Both the position numbers and the translations under genes were made by a program. 64,000 nt of DNA, from positions 1,120,001 through 1,184,000 of the forward strand of contig CAXXQS010000001.1 in NCBI GenBank assembly GCA_963674735.2, written 5' to 3'. The notes beneath the pieces were generated by a model. It made no database searches and was not told where the DNA came from. It worked only from the letters and a program-made list of their open reading frames with translations. Positions 30,517-39,861 of this stretch are shown piece by piece (the first letter of the stretch is position 1; every line of letters starts with the position of its first letter). The stretch comes from Myxococcota bacterium. GTDB taxonomy: Bacteria; Myxococcota_A; SURF-8.

Positions 30517-32424
30517 ATGACTCGAGTTATCGCTATCAGTTTGTTCGTATTGATGTTCTTTCCCTTCATTCAACTTTCCTCAGCTTCTGCGGAAACGTCT
30601 TCTGTTGCCGACTCGCCGGTTCCGGTTCAGGATGTTGCGGTCGCCTTGACAGCGGACAAACCCTATCCGGTTTGGTGGGGTGAACGGATGGTCGATAAAT
30701 ACAAGGCTGTTAAACCCGAATTCAAAATCTGGCACGGAACCACCAGCCCCCAAACCGTGTCGTTGAGCACCGGCCAGCGCAATGCGGTGGTTTCGCTGAT
30801 GATGCAATCCTGGGGCGGGTATCAATCCTTTTGCACCGGTACGTTGATCAGTGATCGGGTTGTGGTCTCGGCGGCGCACTGCGTACACCAATGCGACGAT
30901 TACGGGAATAATTGTCAGGATATTTCGGCGAGTTACACCGCCATCGGAGTGGGTGACGATCTTAGCAGCGCAACAGCGGTCTTGGGTGTTTCGAATATTT
31001 ACTACAATCCATCCTACACCGGCGACTTGACCATAACCACCGCCTATCACGATGTTTCGATTCTGGTTCTCAGCCAATCCGCCTCCGCGCAAGTCAGCAC
31101 CCTCACACCGATTCCTTTCAACCGGGATCCGATTTCGAGTTCGTTTGTCAATACCGACGTTCAGGCCGGTGGGTACGGAATAACCGAAAGTACCAACTAC
31201 AATACCCGGAAATACTGGGCCACGCTGGGCCTCAGCGCGATCCGAGCCTATGAAATCGTTGCGGCCGATTCGGCGGGCGTGCAAGGCGTCTGTTCGGGCG
31301 ATTCCGGCGGTCCGCTCATGGCCGATTTCGGGGCGGGATTGACGGTGTTTGCGACGACGAGTTGGGGGACGGAAGACTGCACGGAACCGGCTCATTTCTG
31401 TCGCCTGGACCCGAAATCCGATTGGATTGAAGCGATTCTAAGCCAGACCAACGATTGCAGCTCGGCTTGCAGCGGCCAGCAGTGTGGATACGACGGCAGC
31501 TGCCACTGCGGTAGCTGCGGATCGGGTGATCTTTGCAACAGTCAGCATCAATGCGTTCCCGATCCCGACAATCATTGCGGGTCGGTGCCGGAAATCGGGT
31601 GCTGCGACGGCTCGATGGCTATGAAATGCGTATCTGGTCAGTTGGTTGAAGACGAATGCGGCGACTTGGGGTGTGGCTGGAAGAACCAATATAGTGGCTA
31701 TGCTTGCGGAAATGCCGGGAAGGTGGATCCGGACGGCAATTACTCTTGGGGTTGCGATGGTTCGGAACCAAGCTGCGATATTATCTGTCATGATCGGCAA
31801 TGTGGAGACTATGAAGGCTGCAATTGCGGAGAGTGTCTCCATGGATTGGTTTGCGAAGACAATTACTGCGAGATTCCGCCATCTTGTAGAGAAGTTTGCG
31901 GGAGTCGTCGAGAATGCGGCGAATATGAAAATTGTGTTTGTGGCCAGTGTGACGATGATGAAATGTGTCAGGAATTCCGTTGCGTGGATGACCCCAGCGC
32001 CGATGGTGATGATCCAGACGGCGACTCGCCTGTTGATGGCGATGAGCCGGTGAATTGCGATGGAGCCTGTGCGCCTATCGATACCCCGTTCTGTCTCGAT
32101 ACCGGCCGGTTGTGCGAGTGTCGGCAGTTGGCATGGGGTGCGACCGACTGCAATCTATATTGTCTTGAACAGGGTATGGCGAATGCGGGGTGTTCATTCC
32201 ATCCGGGCCTGCAAAAAGACGTCTGCCTCTGCCGTGAGCTTGATCCGGACCCGACGGACGGCGATACCCCGGACAATTCCGATGGGGACGATACGGACGA
32301 TGAACCGAAAGGTTTCGGTGTCGACAGCGGAAGCGGTTGCCAGGGAAGCAACGGAGTTTCGGCGCTGGCGCTGATGATCCTGATGCTGTTTGTCGGGCTG
32401 AAACGTCAACGCAGGAAGAATTAG
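30517..32424 (+). CDS. Exported trypsin-like (S1) serine protease with Cys-rich repeats, DGD linkers and MYXO-CTERM-like tail
   Basis: FCTGTLI, SAAHC (His), HDVSIL (Asp) and GDSGGP (Ser); Cys-rich C-terminal half; tail SGCQ-hydrophobic-KRQRRK. Confidence 0.9.
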   Translation: MTRVIAISLFVLMFFPFIQLSSASAETSSVADSPVPVQDVAVALTADKPYPVWWGERMVDKYKAVKPEFKIWHGTTSPQTVSLSTGQRNAVVSLMMQSWGGYQSFCTGTLISDRVVVSAAHCVHQCDDYGNNCQDISASYTAIGVGDDLSSATAVLGVSNIYYNPSYTGDLTITTAYHDVSILVLSQSASAQVSTLTPIPFNRDPISSSFVNTDVQAGGYGITESTNYNTRKYWATLGLSAIRAYEIVAADSAGVQGVCSGDSGGPLMADFGAGLTVFATTSWGTEDCTEPAHFCRLDPKSDWIEAILSQTNDCSSACSGQQCGYDGSCHCGSCGSGDLCNSQHQCVPDPDNHCGSVPEIGCCDGSMAMKCVSGQLVEDECGDLGCGWKNQYSGYACGNAGKVDPDGNYSWGCDGSEPSCDIICHDRQCGDYEGCNCGECLHGLVCEDNYCEIPPSCREVCGSRRECGEYENCVCGQCDDDEMCQEFRCVDDPSADGDDPDGDSPVDGDEPVNCDGACAPIDTPFCLDTGRLCECRQLAWGATDCNLYCLEQGMANAGCSFHPGLQKDVCLCRELDPDPTDGDTPDNSDGDDTDDEPKGFGVDSGSGCQGSNGVSALALMILMLFVGLKRQRRKN

Positions 32425-32449
32425 GTCCGCAAACAATCGATGTTATTTT

Positions 32450-32478
32450 GCCCGCACTTGGTTTGCGGGCTTTTTTTT
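32450..32478 (+). terminator. Intrinsic terminator
   Basis: GCCCGCA-N7-TGCGGGC followed by 8 Ts. Confidence 0.85.
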
Positions 32479-32501
32479 CACGGGAAGAGCGGGGTGCGGG
32501 C

Positions 32502-33416
32502 GTGGATTTCAGGAGGCGAGAAAAACAGCCGGTCGGAATCGCGCTGCTGGTTGCCGTATTGGCGGTCTCCTTTGCCGCCATTTTCTTTCGGAAATCGGCA
32601 CCGACGCCTCCCATGGCGCAAGCGAGTGTGCGTTTGGCGGTTGCGGCTTGCGTGCTGTTACCCGCCACACTCAAAGCTTGGCGTGACGGTCGTTTGAACG
32701 CTCCTGTCGTATGGTCCGCCGTCTTGGCTGGAATCTTGTATGGCTTGCATTTCGGTGCCTGGGTCACCTCCTTGTCCTATACCAGCGTCGCCGCTTCGGT
32801 AACGCTGGTCACCACCACGCCCATCGTTTTAGGGGGAATGGCCTTGCTTACCGGCCGCGATCGCCCCGATGGACGGTTGTGGATGGCGATCGGCATGGGA
32901 TTATGCGGCATGTTGCTGATCGGCTGGCATGACTGGAATTTGTCGAAAGTCGCTCTTTTCGGCGACGGCTTGGCTTTGCTCGGGATGTTGGCGGTGGCCG
33001 GTTACATGACCGTCGTTCGGCGACTGGGCGATGATTATCCCATCTGGGCCTTTTCAGGAATCGCAACAGCGGTGGGGGCCGTTTTATTATCGACCGCGAC
33101 CGTGGTCACAGGACAATCCGTGCTGCCTGTCTCGCTGGAATCGTTTTTCTACTTGGTTTTAGCCGCTTTGGTTCCGCAGTTGATCGGTCATACTTTGCTT
33201 ACCTGGTCTTTGCGTTATGCGACTCCGACTCTGGTGGCGATGGCGGTTGTTGGCGAGCCTGCGGGGTCCACCTTGCTTGCCTGGCTGTGGCTGGGGGAGG
33301 GGGTTGCACCTCGGGTTGCGATTGGCTGCGGTGTGACCTTGTTCGGGGTCGTCTGGGCGACATTGAATCGTGGTAGATTGACGAATAAGTTCGGTAGTAT
33401 CACGACTGACGGGTAG
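32502..33416 (+). CDS. DMT/EamA family transporter
   Basis: About 10 TM segments; HFGAWVTSL.YTSVA.SV.LV, GD.LAL, PQLIGHTL..WSL and EP.G..L motifs. Start approximate. Confidence 0.88.
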   Translation: MDFRRREKQPVGIALLVAVLAVSFAAIFFRKSAPTPPMAQASVRLAVAACVLLPATLKAWRDGRLNAPVVWSAVLAGILYGLHFGAWVTSLSYTSVAASVTLVTTTPIVLGGMALLTGRDRPDGRLWMAIGMGLCGMLLIGWHDWNLSKVALFGDGLALLGMLAVAGYMTVVRRLGDDYPIWAFSGIATAVGAVLLSTATVVTGQSVLPVSLESFFYLVLAALVPQLIGHTLLTWSLRYATPTLVAMAVVGEPAGSTLLAWLWLGEGVAPRVAIGCGVTLFGVVWATLNRGRLTNKFGSITTDG

Positions 33417-33506
33417 CGAACCTCTCTCTAAAAACCAACTAACATACCGATAATACAAAACAAATATAAATATTTGGTCTGTCTTGCAAAAAAAACGAGT
33501 TCGCGC

Positions 33507-33569
33507 TTGACAAACGTTCGTTTAATCGTATACTCGAAAAATATAAACGATCGTTTTAATCGGTCGTAT
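33507..33569 (+). promoter_or_regulatory. Sigma70 promoter overlapped by repeated palindromic operators
   Basis: TTGACA-N16-TATACT (33507-33534); AAACGTTCGTTT (33512-33523), perfect AAACGATCGTTT (33545-33556) and degenerate AATCGGTCGTAT (33558-33569). Confidence 0.75.
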
Positions 33570-33585
33570 GATTGTGGAGGTCGCA

Positions 33586-35079
33586 ATGAGGAGCGGGAGA
33601 TTCGATAAAAGGCAAACGGTCAAAGGACTTCTCTATATCTTTTTCGTTGGTACATGCTGCTTATGTCCGGCCCTCGCTTGGGCGGGGTTGTTTGATGATG
33701 CGGTCAGCGGTGAGGCGGACGCGGGAGAATCGATTGACGACACGGACGGAAGCCAGCCGGCCGATACGGGTTTTCGTGCGAGCGCAGGTGGTTTCAACTT
33801 CGAACTCAACGGCTATGTACGCGGCGATCTTTACTTGGGAAAAGTACCGGACCAGAGCGACGGTGAGGTGAAGAGCGGCTACGGCGAAACCAGCCTGGAA
33901 CTGAGAGTCCGCAAAAATCCGTATGGAGATGCCTATAGCCAACTGCGTTTGTGGAGTGGATATCAGAGTGACCAACGGGAAGTCCGGGTCGATTTGCGCG
34001 AGGCTTACGTCAATCTCTACGTCGGTCCCTTCGATTTTCGTTTGGGTCATCAGATCATTGCCTGGGGGCGTGCCGATGGCATCAATCCCACCAACAACCT
34101 CACGCCTCGCGATATGCGGGTGAAATCGCCGAACGAAGACGATTCACGCCTGGCCAATCTCGCTTTGCGAAGCTTCGTCAATCTGCAGCCGTTTCGAATC
34201 GAGCTTGTTTGGTTGCCTCTCTACATGGAATCCACCTTACCGGCCTTGATTTTGCCTGACGCGGTTTCGATGCGCGACGCGGATTATCCCAACGCCGATC
34301 TTTCCAATGGGACTTTCGCAGGACGCTTGCACCTCGAACTCCCCGAAGTGGAGATGTCGGTATCGTACTTATTCGGCCATGCCCCGCAACCGGGATTGGA
34401 ATTTCGCGAGTTGCTCATCGACGATAACGGTCCGAGCGTGCAGGTCGGGTTTCGGGCGTATCAACAGCAGGTGATCGGTTATGACTTTGCGGCGCCGATC
34501 GAGGATTGGTTCGGTCTACGGGGTGAAATCGCCTATCGGCGGCCCTGGCAGAACTGGAACAACGATTACGTTCCCCAGCCGGATCTGCAGTACGTGGTCG
34601 GTTTCGATAAGGAATTCGTAACGGCCGATTCCGGTGACGTCTCGATTATTTTGCAGTACATCGGACGTTATGTCTTTGATTGGGAGAAAAAAGCGGGTAG
34701 CGAGATGCTGAGTTCGATGGAAGAACTGCCGCCGCCGGAAGTCTTGCTTGCGCTTCAGGATCAGGTGCAAGCCGAAGCGGCAAAGGAAATACAGGCGAGA
34801 AACCAGATGATCATGAGCCAGCAGTACGAGCTCCAGCACAGCGCCATGATGCGGCTGGCGTGGAATACTCTTCACGACACGTTGGACCTTGAGTTGATGG
34901 CGATGGTCAACATCACATCGCATGAAACGCTTTTACGCCCGAAAATCTCCTACGACATTACCGATGCCTTCGCTTTTACGGTGGGTGGGGAGATTTATCT
35001 GGGCAAAGACGAGACGCTCTACGGCATGATCGATGAACAACAGAGTGCGGGTTATACGGAATTGAAAATCTCCTTCTAG
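33586..35079 (+). CDS. Outer-membrane beta-barrel protein (DUF1302-like)
   Basis: Signal peptide AWA; LREAYV...FDFRLG.QIIAWGRADG.NPT..L.P.D motif; C-terminal YTELKISF. GGAGG RBS. Confidence 0.75.
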   Translation: MRSGRFDKRQTVKGLLYIFFVGTCCLCPALAWAGLFDDAVSGEADAGESIDDTDGSQPADTGFRASAGGFNFELNGYVRGDLYLGKVPDQSDGEVKSGYGETSLELRVRKNPYGDAYSQLRLWSGYQSDQREVRVDLREAYVNLYVGPFDFRLGHQIIAWGRADGINPTNNLTPRDMRVKSPNEDDSRLANLALRSFVNLQPFRIELVWLPLYMESTLPALILPDAVSMRDADYPNADLSNGTFAGRLHLELPEVEMSVSYLFGHAPQPGLEFRELLIDDNGPSVQVGFRAYQQQVIGYDFAAPIEDWFGLRGEIAYRRPWQNWNNDYVPQPDLQYVVGFDKEFVTADSGDVSIILQYIGRYVFDWEKKAGSEMLSSMEELPPPEVLLALQDQVQAEAAKEIQARNQMIMSQQYELQHSAMMRLAWNTLHDTLDLELMAMVNITSHETLLRPKISYDITDAFAFTVGGEIYLGKDETLYGMIDEQQSAGYTELKISF

Positions 35080-35103
35080 TCGATTGTTGAAACAGGAGTT
35101 GAT

Positions 35104-35757
35104 ATGTCGTCTCATACGGATGATCACAAATTGGAACCGCGTCAGCGCATCATCGAAGCGGCCACCCGCTTGTTTGCGCGAAAAGGCTATTCCGCAACCA
35201 GCATGAGAGAGTTGGCTCAGGAAGCGGACGTGAATTTGGCCATGATGAATTACTACTATGGGTCCAAACAAGGGATTCTGGAGTTCATTATGGAGCAATT
35301 TTTCAGCGGCTATACGAACATGGCCAAAGAAGCTTTCCATTCGGAAGGAGCGATCGAGGAAAAGCTCGAACGATTTGTCCATATGATTGTGATGTTTTTC
35401 AAAGAAAATCGGGATACGGTTCGGGTCGCCATGATGGAATTCCCGGTAGACATCCCCGAAATCGCCGAGTTCAAAGCGACGTTCATCCGACGCCTGATCG
35501 CCGAGATCGGGATGGTTGAAGTCCTCGTGGAAAACGGTGTAACCATCCGGCCGGACATCATCGGACCGGCCATCATTTCAAGCATCGGCTCTCATTTCCT
35601 GTTGCGACCCGTGATCGAACGGGTGTTCGAGCAGAACTATGACGATGACTTCTATGAGCAATACGCCAAGGATCTTTCGCGATTTATTATCAACGGTTTG
35701 CTTGGGAGAATGACGCTTTCTTCGGAAAAACGTACCGAGAATGAGGTGAAAAAATGA
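35104..35757 (+). CDS. TetR/AcrR transcriptional regulator
   Basis: RIIEAA..LFA.KGY.ATSMRELA.EA.VN.AM..YYYGSK helix-turn-helix. Confidence 0.95.
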   Translation: MSSHTDDHKLEPRQRIIEAATRLFARKGYSATSMRELAQEADVNLAMMNYYYGSKQGILEFIMEQFFSGYTNMAKEAFHSEGAIEEKLERFVHMIVMFFKENRDTVRVAMMEFPVDIPEIAEFKATFIRRLIAEIGMVEVLVENGVTIRPDIIGPAIISSIGSHFLLRPVIERVFEQNYDDDFYEQYAKDLSRFIINGLLGRMTLSSEKRTENEVKK

Positions 35758-38060
35758 GCGGTCGACTTTCGGAAATCGTAGTTCGTTATCCGTGGATGTT
35801 TATTCTGCTATTTGTTGGGATCAGCGTCTTTTTCGGCTTCCAACTGCCGAAGGCGGAAGTCGATCCGGATGTTAAAAACCAGCTCCCGGCGGATTATCCG
35901 GCGCGTCTCCATATCGATACTCTGGAAGACATGTTCGGAGGTTCCGAAATGGTGATGCTGGTCATCACCGCCGACGATGTCCTGGCCGCCGATACCTTGA
36001 AGCGGGTCAAGCAGATCAGCAAAAAGATCGATCGACTGAAGCTGGTAGACCGCACGCTGAGTTTGTTCGAGTTGAAGGATATTCGCGGGGAAGGCGGCGA
36101 AATGCTGGTGGATCCCGCGGTCAAGCGCATTCCGAAAACCGACCAGGCGCGGGAGAAGCTGCGAGCCCAGATCATGGATAATGACCTCGTTTATGGAAAC
36201 GTTGTCTCCACCGACTGGAAGGCGACGGCCGTAATCGGTCTTCTGAAAGACGGGACGTCGGACACCGAAGTCATCGGGCTGACGCGGCAAATCATTGCCG
36301 ACACGCCCGGGGCCGAGCCGGTTTACATTGCCGGTATGCCTTATGTGCGCGTCAACCTGAATAAGGATATCAAGGGCGACTTGCGAAAGTTCCTCCCTGT
36401 CGGTTTGCTGATTATGCTGATATTTCTGTTTCTCGCGTTTCGTCAATTGCGCGGTGTGCTGTTACCGTTTCTCATGACCATTATGGCGGTTGTTGTGGCG
36501 ATGGGGTTGATTCCCTTGTTCGGCTGGAAAATCCAAATGGTGACCGTCATCCTGCCGGTTATTCTGATTGCGGTCGCGAATGATTACGGAATTCACCTCA
36601 TTGCCCGCTATCAGGAGGAAAATGTCCCCGGAAACACGTTGACCAAGCAAGATTTGGCCAAGCGCGTCGTGGATGCGCTGGGAAAACCGGTTCTGGCGGC
36701 CGGAATCACCACGATTGTCGGTTTGATGTGTTTGCTCACGCATATCATCACCCCGGCTCAGGAACTGGGTATTCTATCCTCGTTGGGAGTGGCCTTTGCC
36801 CTGTCGGGCAGCATCATGTTCATCCCGGCGATCCTGGCCGTGTTGCCCAAGGCGAAGCCTCTGAAAAACATGTCTCATGCCGGCATCGAATCCGGCGGGA
36901 CCAAGGTTTCGTTGTTGGAGCGCTTTCTCAAGAAAACCTCCCGAGCCGTCGTGGCGCATCCCAAGAAGATCATTGTCGGAACGCTTGTGTCGGTGGCGTT
37001 GGTCTCGACCGGCATCTGGCAGGTCGTGATCGATACCAATCCGGTAAATTATTATCCGCTCGATTCGCCGGTGTCCAAGGCATCCTTGCTGGCGGATAAA
37101 TACTTCGGCGGTTCGACCACCTTGAATATCACCGCCAAGGGCGACATGAAGGATCCGGTTGTGCTGAAACAGATCGATGCGTTGGAGCAACATCTGTTGT
37201 CGTTACCCAATGTCGATCAAACCAGCAGCCTGCCGAAAGTCATTCGGCGCATGAACAAGGTGATGAACGATAACAATAAAGCCTTCGACACCATTCCCGA
37301 GCAGCGCCGTACCGTGGCGGAGTATCTGCTGCTTTATTCCATGAGCGGCGATCCGGACGATTTCGACCGCATGGTGGATTTCAATTACGAAAACGCCCAA
37401 CTTACGGCGCGGATCAACAAAATCAGCACTCAGGAAATCGCCCAGGTCGTTGCGGAAACCGAACGCTATATCCAGGAAAACGGCGGACCCTTCCAGTTGA
37501 TTACGGGGTTTGCGGCCTTCTTCTCGGACATGATCGATGAAATTGTCAAAGGCCAGATGATCAGCCTGTTGCTATCGATCGTTCTGATTGCGTTGACGGT
37601 GATGATCCTCTTCCGTTCGGTCGTCGCCGGTTTGATGGCGTCGATCCCGCTAGGCTTGGCCATGCCGCTTTTGTTCGGCATCATGGGATACTTCCACGTC
37701 GAGTTGAATATCGCGACCGCGATGCTGTCCTCCATCATGATCGGGGTCGGCGTGGACTACACCATTCACTATCTCTGGCGCTATCGCGATGAACGTCGCG
37801 CCGGGCAGGAACCGGTAGCGGCCGTGACAACCACCCTGATGACCACCGGACGCGGCATTATCTTCAATGCCTTATCCGTTGTCATCGGATTCGCCGTGCT
37901 CATGGCGTCGAGCTTTCTTCCGATCCGTTTTTTCGGTATCCTGGTTGTCATCTCCGTCGGGGCTTGTCTGTTCGGTGCACTGGTTCTGCTTCCGGCGATC
38001 TGCCTGGTTTTTCGTCCGAAATACCTGGAACCTCTTGAAAACGTCGTTGAAAAAGGCTGA
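35754..38060 (+). CDS. MMPL/RND-superfamily transporter
   Basis: Two repeats with ANDYGIH and GVGVDYTIH motifs, about 12 TM segments and two periplasmic domains. Confidence 0.92.
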   Translation: MSGRLSEIVVRYPWMFILLFVGISVFFGFQLPKAEVDPDVKNQLPADYPARLHIDTLEDMFGGSEMVMLVITADDVLAADTLKRVKQISKKIDRLKLVDRTLSLFELKDIRGEGGEMLVDPAVKRIPKTDQAREKLRAQIMDNDLVYGNVVSTDWKATAVIGLLKDGTSDTEVIGLTRQIIADTPGAEPVYIAGMPYVRVNLNKDIKGDLRKFLPVGLLIMLIFLFLAFRQLRGVLLPFLMTIMAVVVAMGLIPLFGWKIQMVTVILPVILIAVANDYGIHLIARYQEENVPGNTLTKQDLAKRVVDALGKPVLAAGITTIVGLMCLLTHIITPAQELGILSSLGVAFALSGSIMFIPAILAVLPKAKPLKNMSHAGIESGGTKVSLLERFLKKTSRAVVAHPKKIIVGTLVSVALVSTGIWQVVIDTNPVNYYPLDSPVSKASLLADKYFGGSTTLNITAKGDMKDPVVLKQIDALEQHLLSLPNVDQTSSLPKVIRRMNKVMNDNNKAFDTIPEQRRTVAEYLLLYSMSGDPDDFDRMVDFNYENAQLTARINKISTQEIAQVVAETERYIQENGGPFQLITGFAAFFSDMIDEIVKGQMISLLLSIVLIALTVMILFRSVVAGLMASIPLGLAMPLLFGIMGYFHVELNIATAMLSSIMIGVGVDYTIHYLWRYRDERRAGQEPVAAVTTTLMTTGRGIIFNALSVVIGFAVLMASSFLPIRFFGILVVISVGACLFGALVLLPAICLVFRPKYLEPLENVVEKG

Positions 38061-38098
38061 AAGAATAGGGGATATTGGTATCCCGAAAGGAGGCGACT

Positions 38099-38944
38099 AT
38101 GTGGAAGATATACGTGAAATATGTTGTGGCTTTTGCCGTATTGGGAGTGGTGGCCTGGTATTGGCCGGTCTGTGCGCAGGCTCAGGCCACTAAAGCGACC
38201 CCGGTTGTGGACAAAGAACTTAGTGCCGATCAGATTATCGATAAAGCTCAGGAAAACCGTAAATTGGACGGCGCGGAGAGCCTCCAGACGCTCACGATTT
38301 ACAACGAGAAAGGCGATAAGCGGGTTCGGCGTATGGCGGGCGTTTCAAAACTTTATGACAACGGCGATACCGAAAAACGCCTGATGCGCTTTACCCATCC
38401 GGCCGATGTGAAGGGAACCGGTCTTTTAACCTACGATTACGAGAAGAAAGATGACGATATCTGGCTGTTTTTACCGTCGTTGCGCAAGACGCGCCGTATC
38501 GTGTCGAGCGAAAAGTCCAAAAGCTTCATGGGATCGGAATTCAGTTATGCCGACATGACGCCTCCGCCGGTTGAGGATTTCGTTCACAAAAAGCAGAAAG
38601 TGGAAACCGTTGACGGTGTGGTTTGTTGGGTTGTGGAGTCGACGGCGAGAAGTGAGGATATCGCCGAAGAAAACGGCTATCTCAAGCGTGTGAGTTGGAT
38701 CGGACAGGCTGATTTCGTCGTTCGAAAAGCGGTCTACAACGATTTGGATGGTGAATTGCTGAAAGTCTTGACGACGAAAAACATCAAAGAAATCGATACC
38801 AAACGGCATCGTTTCCGGCCGCTTTACATGGAAATGAACAACAAACAAAACGGGCGAAAATCGGTATTCGAAACCAATCAGATCGAAATCCAGGAAGGGG
38901 TGAAAGACGATTATTTCACTACCCGTTATCTGGAACGACAGTAG
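38099..38944 (+). CDS. LolA-like periplasmic protein (outer-membrane lipoprotein-sorting family)
   Basis: F..PADVKGTGLL, WLFLPSLRKTRRI, SFMGSEFSY.D and FTTRYL motifs. AAGGAGG RBS. Confidence 0.88.
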   Translation: MWKIYVKYVVAFAVLGVVAWYWPVCAQAQATKATPVVDKELSADQIIDKAQENRKLDGAESLQTLTIYNEKGDKRVRRMAGVSKLYDNGDTEKRLMRFTHPADVKGTGLLTYDYEKKDDDIWLFLPSLRKTRRIVSSEKSKSFMGSEFSYADMTPPPVEDFVHKKQKVETVDGVVCWVVESTARSEDIAEENGYLKRVSWIGQADFVVRKAVYNDLDGELLKVLTTKNIKEIDTKRHRFRPLYMEMNNKQNGRKSVFETNQIEIQEGVKDDYFTTRYLERQ

Positions 38945-38956
38945 CCACGATCTTCT

Positions 38957-38993
38957 AACCCGGCGAAATCCTTGCGGGGTTTCGTCGGGTTTT
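38957..38993 (+). terminator. Intrinsic terminator
   Basis: AACCCGGCGAAATCC-loop-GGGTTTCGTCGGGTT followed by TT. Confidence 0.75.
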
Positions 38994-39169
38994 GCATCCC
39001 AACGAATCCTGCTGCAAAGTCGAAATACTTCCTGAAAATTCCCTCCTATTTCCCTTTCAACACGGTTTTAAGTTGTCGATAAATGCCTAAAAAGCCTGTG
39101 AATACAGGTGGATATCGCGAGGACGGCTAGGGTGGACATAATCATTCGTTTGCCTGTTTCATTTTAATA

Positions 39170-39224
39170 TTGACAGCCGGGAAACGGTACCGTAAGATCT
39201 GAAAACTAACTGGGCGGTCGGTTA
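39170..39224 (+). promoter_or_regulatory. Sigma70 promoter and TetR-type operator of the GRE operon
   Basis: TTGACA-N17-TAAGAT (39170-39198) and imperfect palindrome TAACTG-GGCGGT-CGGTTA (39207-39224) just before the GTG start. Confidence 0.7.
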
Positions 39225-39228
39225 AATT

Positions 39229-39843
39229 GTGAGCGAGGTTCAGGTGACAGCCAAAGAAAAAATTATCGAAGCGGCGGACCATCTTTTCGGAAAATTGGGT
39301 TTCGATGCGGCTTCGACACGCGAAATAGCGGAGATGTCGGGTGTTAACAAAGCCCTGATCCATTACCATTTCAAAAACAAGGATGGGTTGCTGGAAGCCC
39401 TGCTGGATCGATATTATCAGAAGCTCGCGATGCTGATCGAGACGAGTTTCCTGGATGAGGGTGACCTGAAAAAGCGACTGCTGCACATGGTCGACATCTA
39501 CATGGATTTTCTCGAGCAGAATCGAAATTTCGGTCGAATCGTCCAGCGCGAGGCCGCCGGTGGGCAACACATGGACCGCATCGAGAAAAATATGGTGCCT
39601 CTTTTCGAGTTGGGAAGCCGCGTTTTGAAAGACTCTTTTCCGGCGGCGCAAAAAGGTGAACTCGCCGCCGAACAGATGATGCTCAGTGCCTACGGCGCCA
39701 TCATCATTCATTTCATCTATGGCGATATGTTGGGACGGCTGGTCAAAAGCGATCCCCGTTCCCCCAAAGTCTTTAAAGCCAGGAAAAAACACATTCATCG
39801 CTTGATAGGAATCATGCTCGATTCGATGGATGCCGAACCCTGA
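39229..39843 (+). CDS. TetR/AcrR transcriptional regulator
   Basis: KIIEAA..LF...GFDAASTREIAE.SGVNKALIHYHFKNK. Confidence 0.95.
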   Translation: MSEVQVTAKEKIIEAADHLFGKLGFDAASTREIAEMSGVNKALIHYHFKNKDGLLEALLDRYYQKLAMLIETSFLDEGDLKKRLLHMVDIYMDFLEQNRNFGRIVQREAAGGQHMDRIEKNMVPLFELGSRVLKDSFPAAQKGELAAEQMMLSAYGAIIIHFIYGDMLGRLVKSDPRSPKVFKARKKHIHRLIGIMLDSMDAEP

Positions 39844-39861
39844 AAACAAGCGAGGTGAGTC

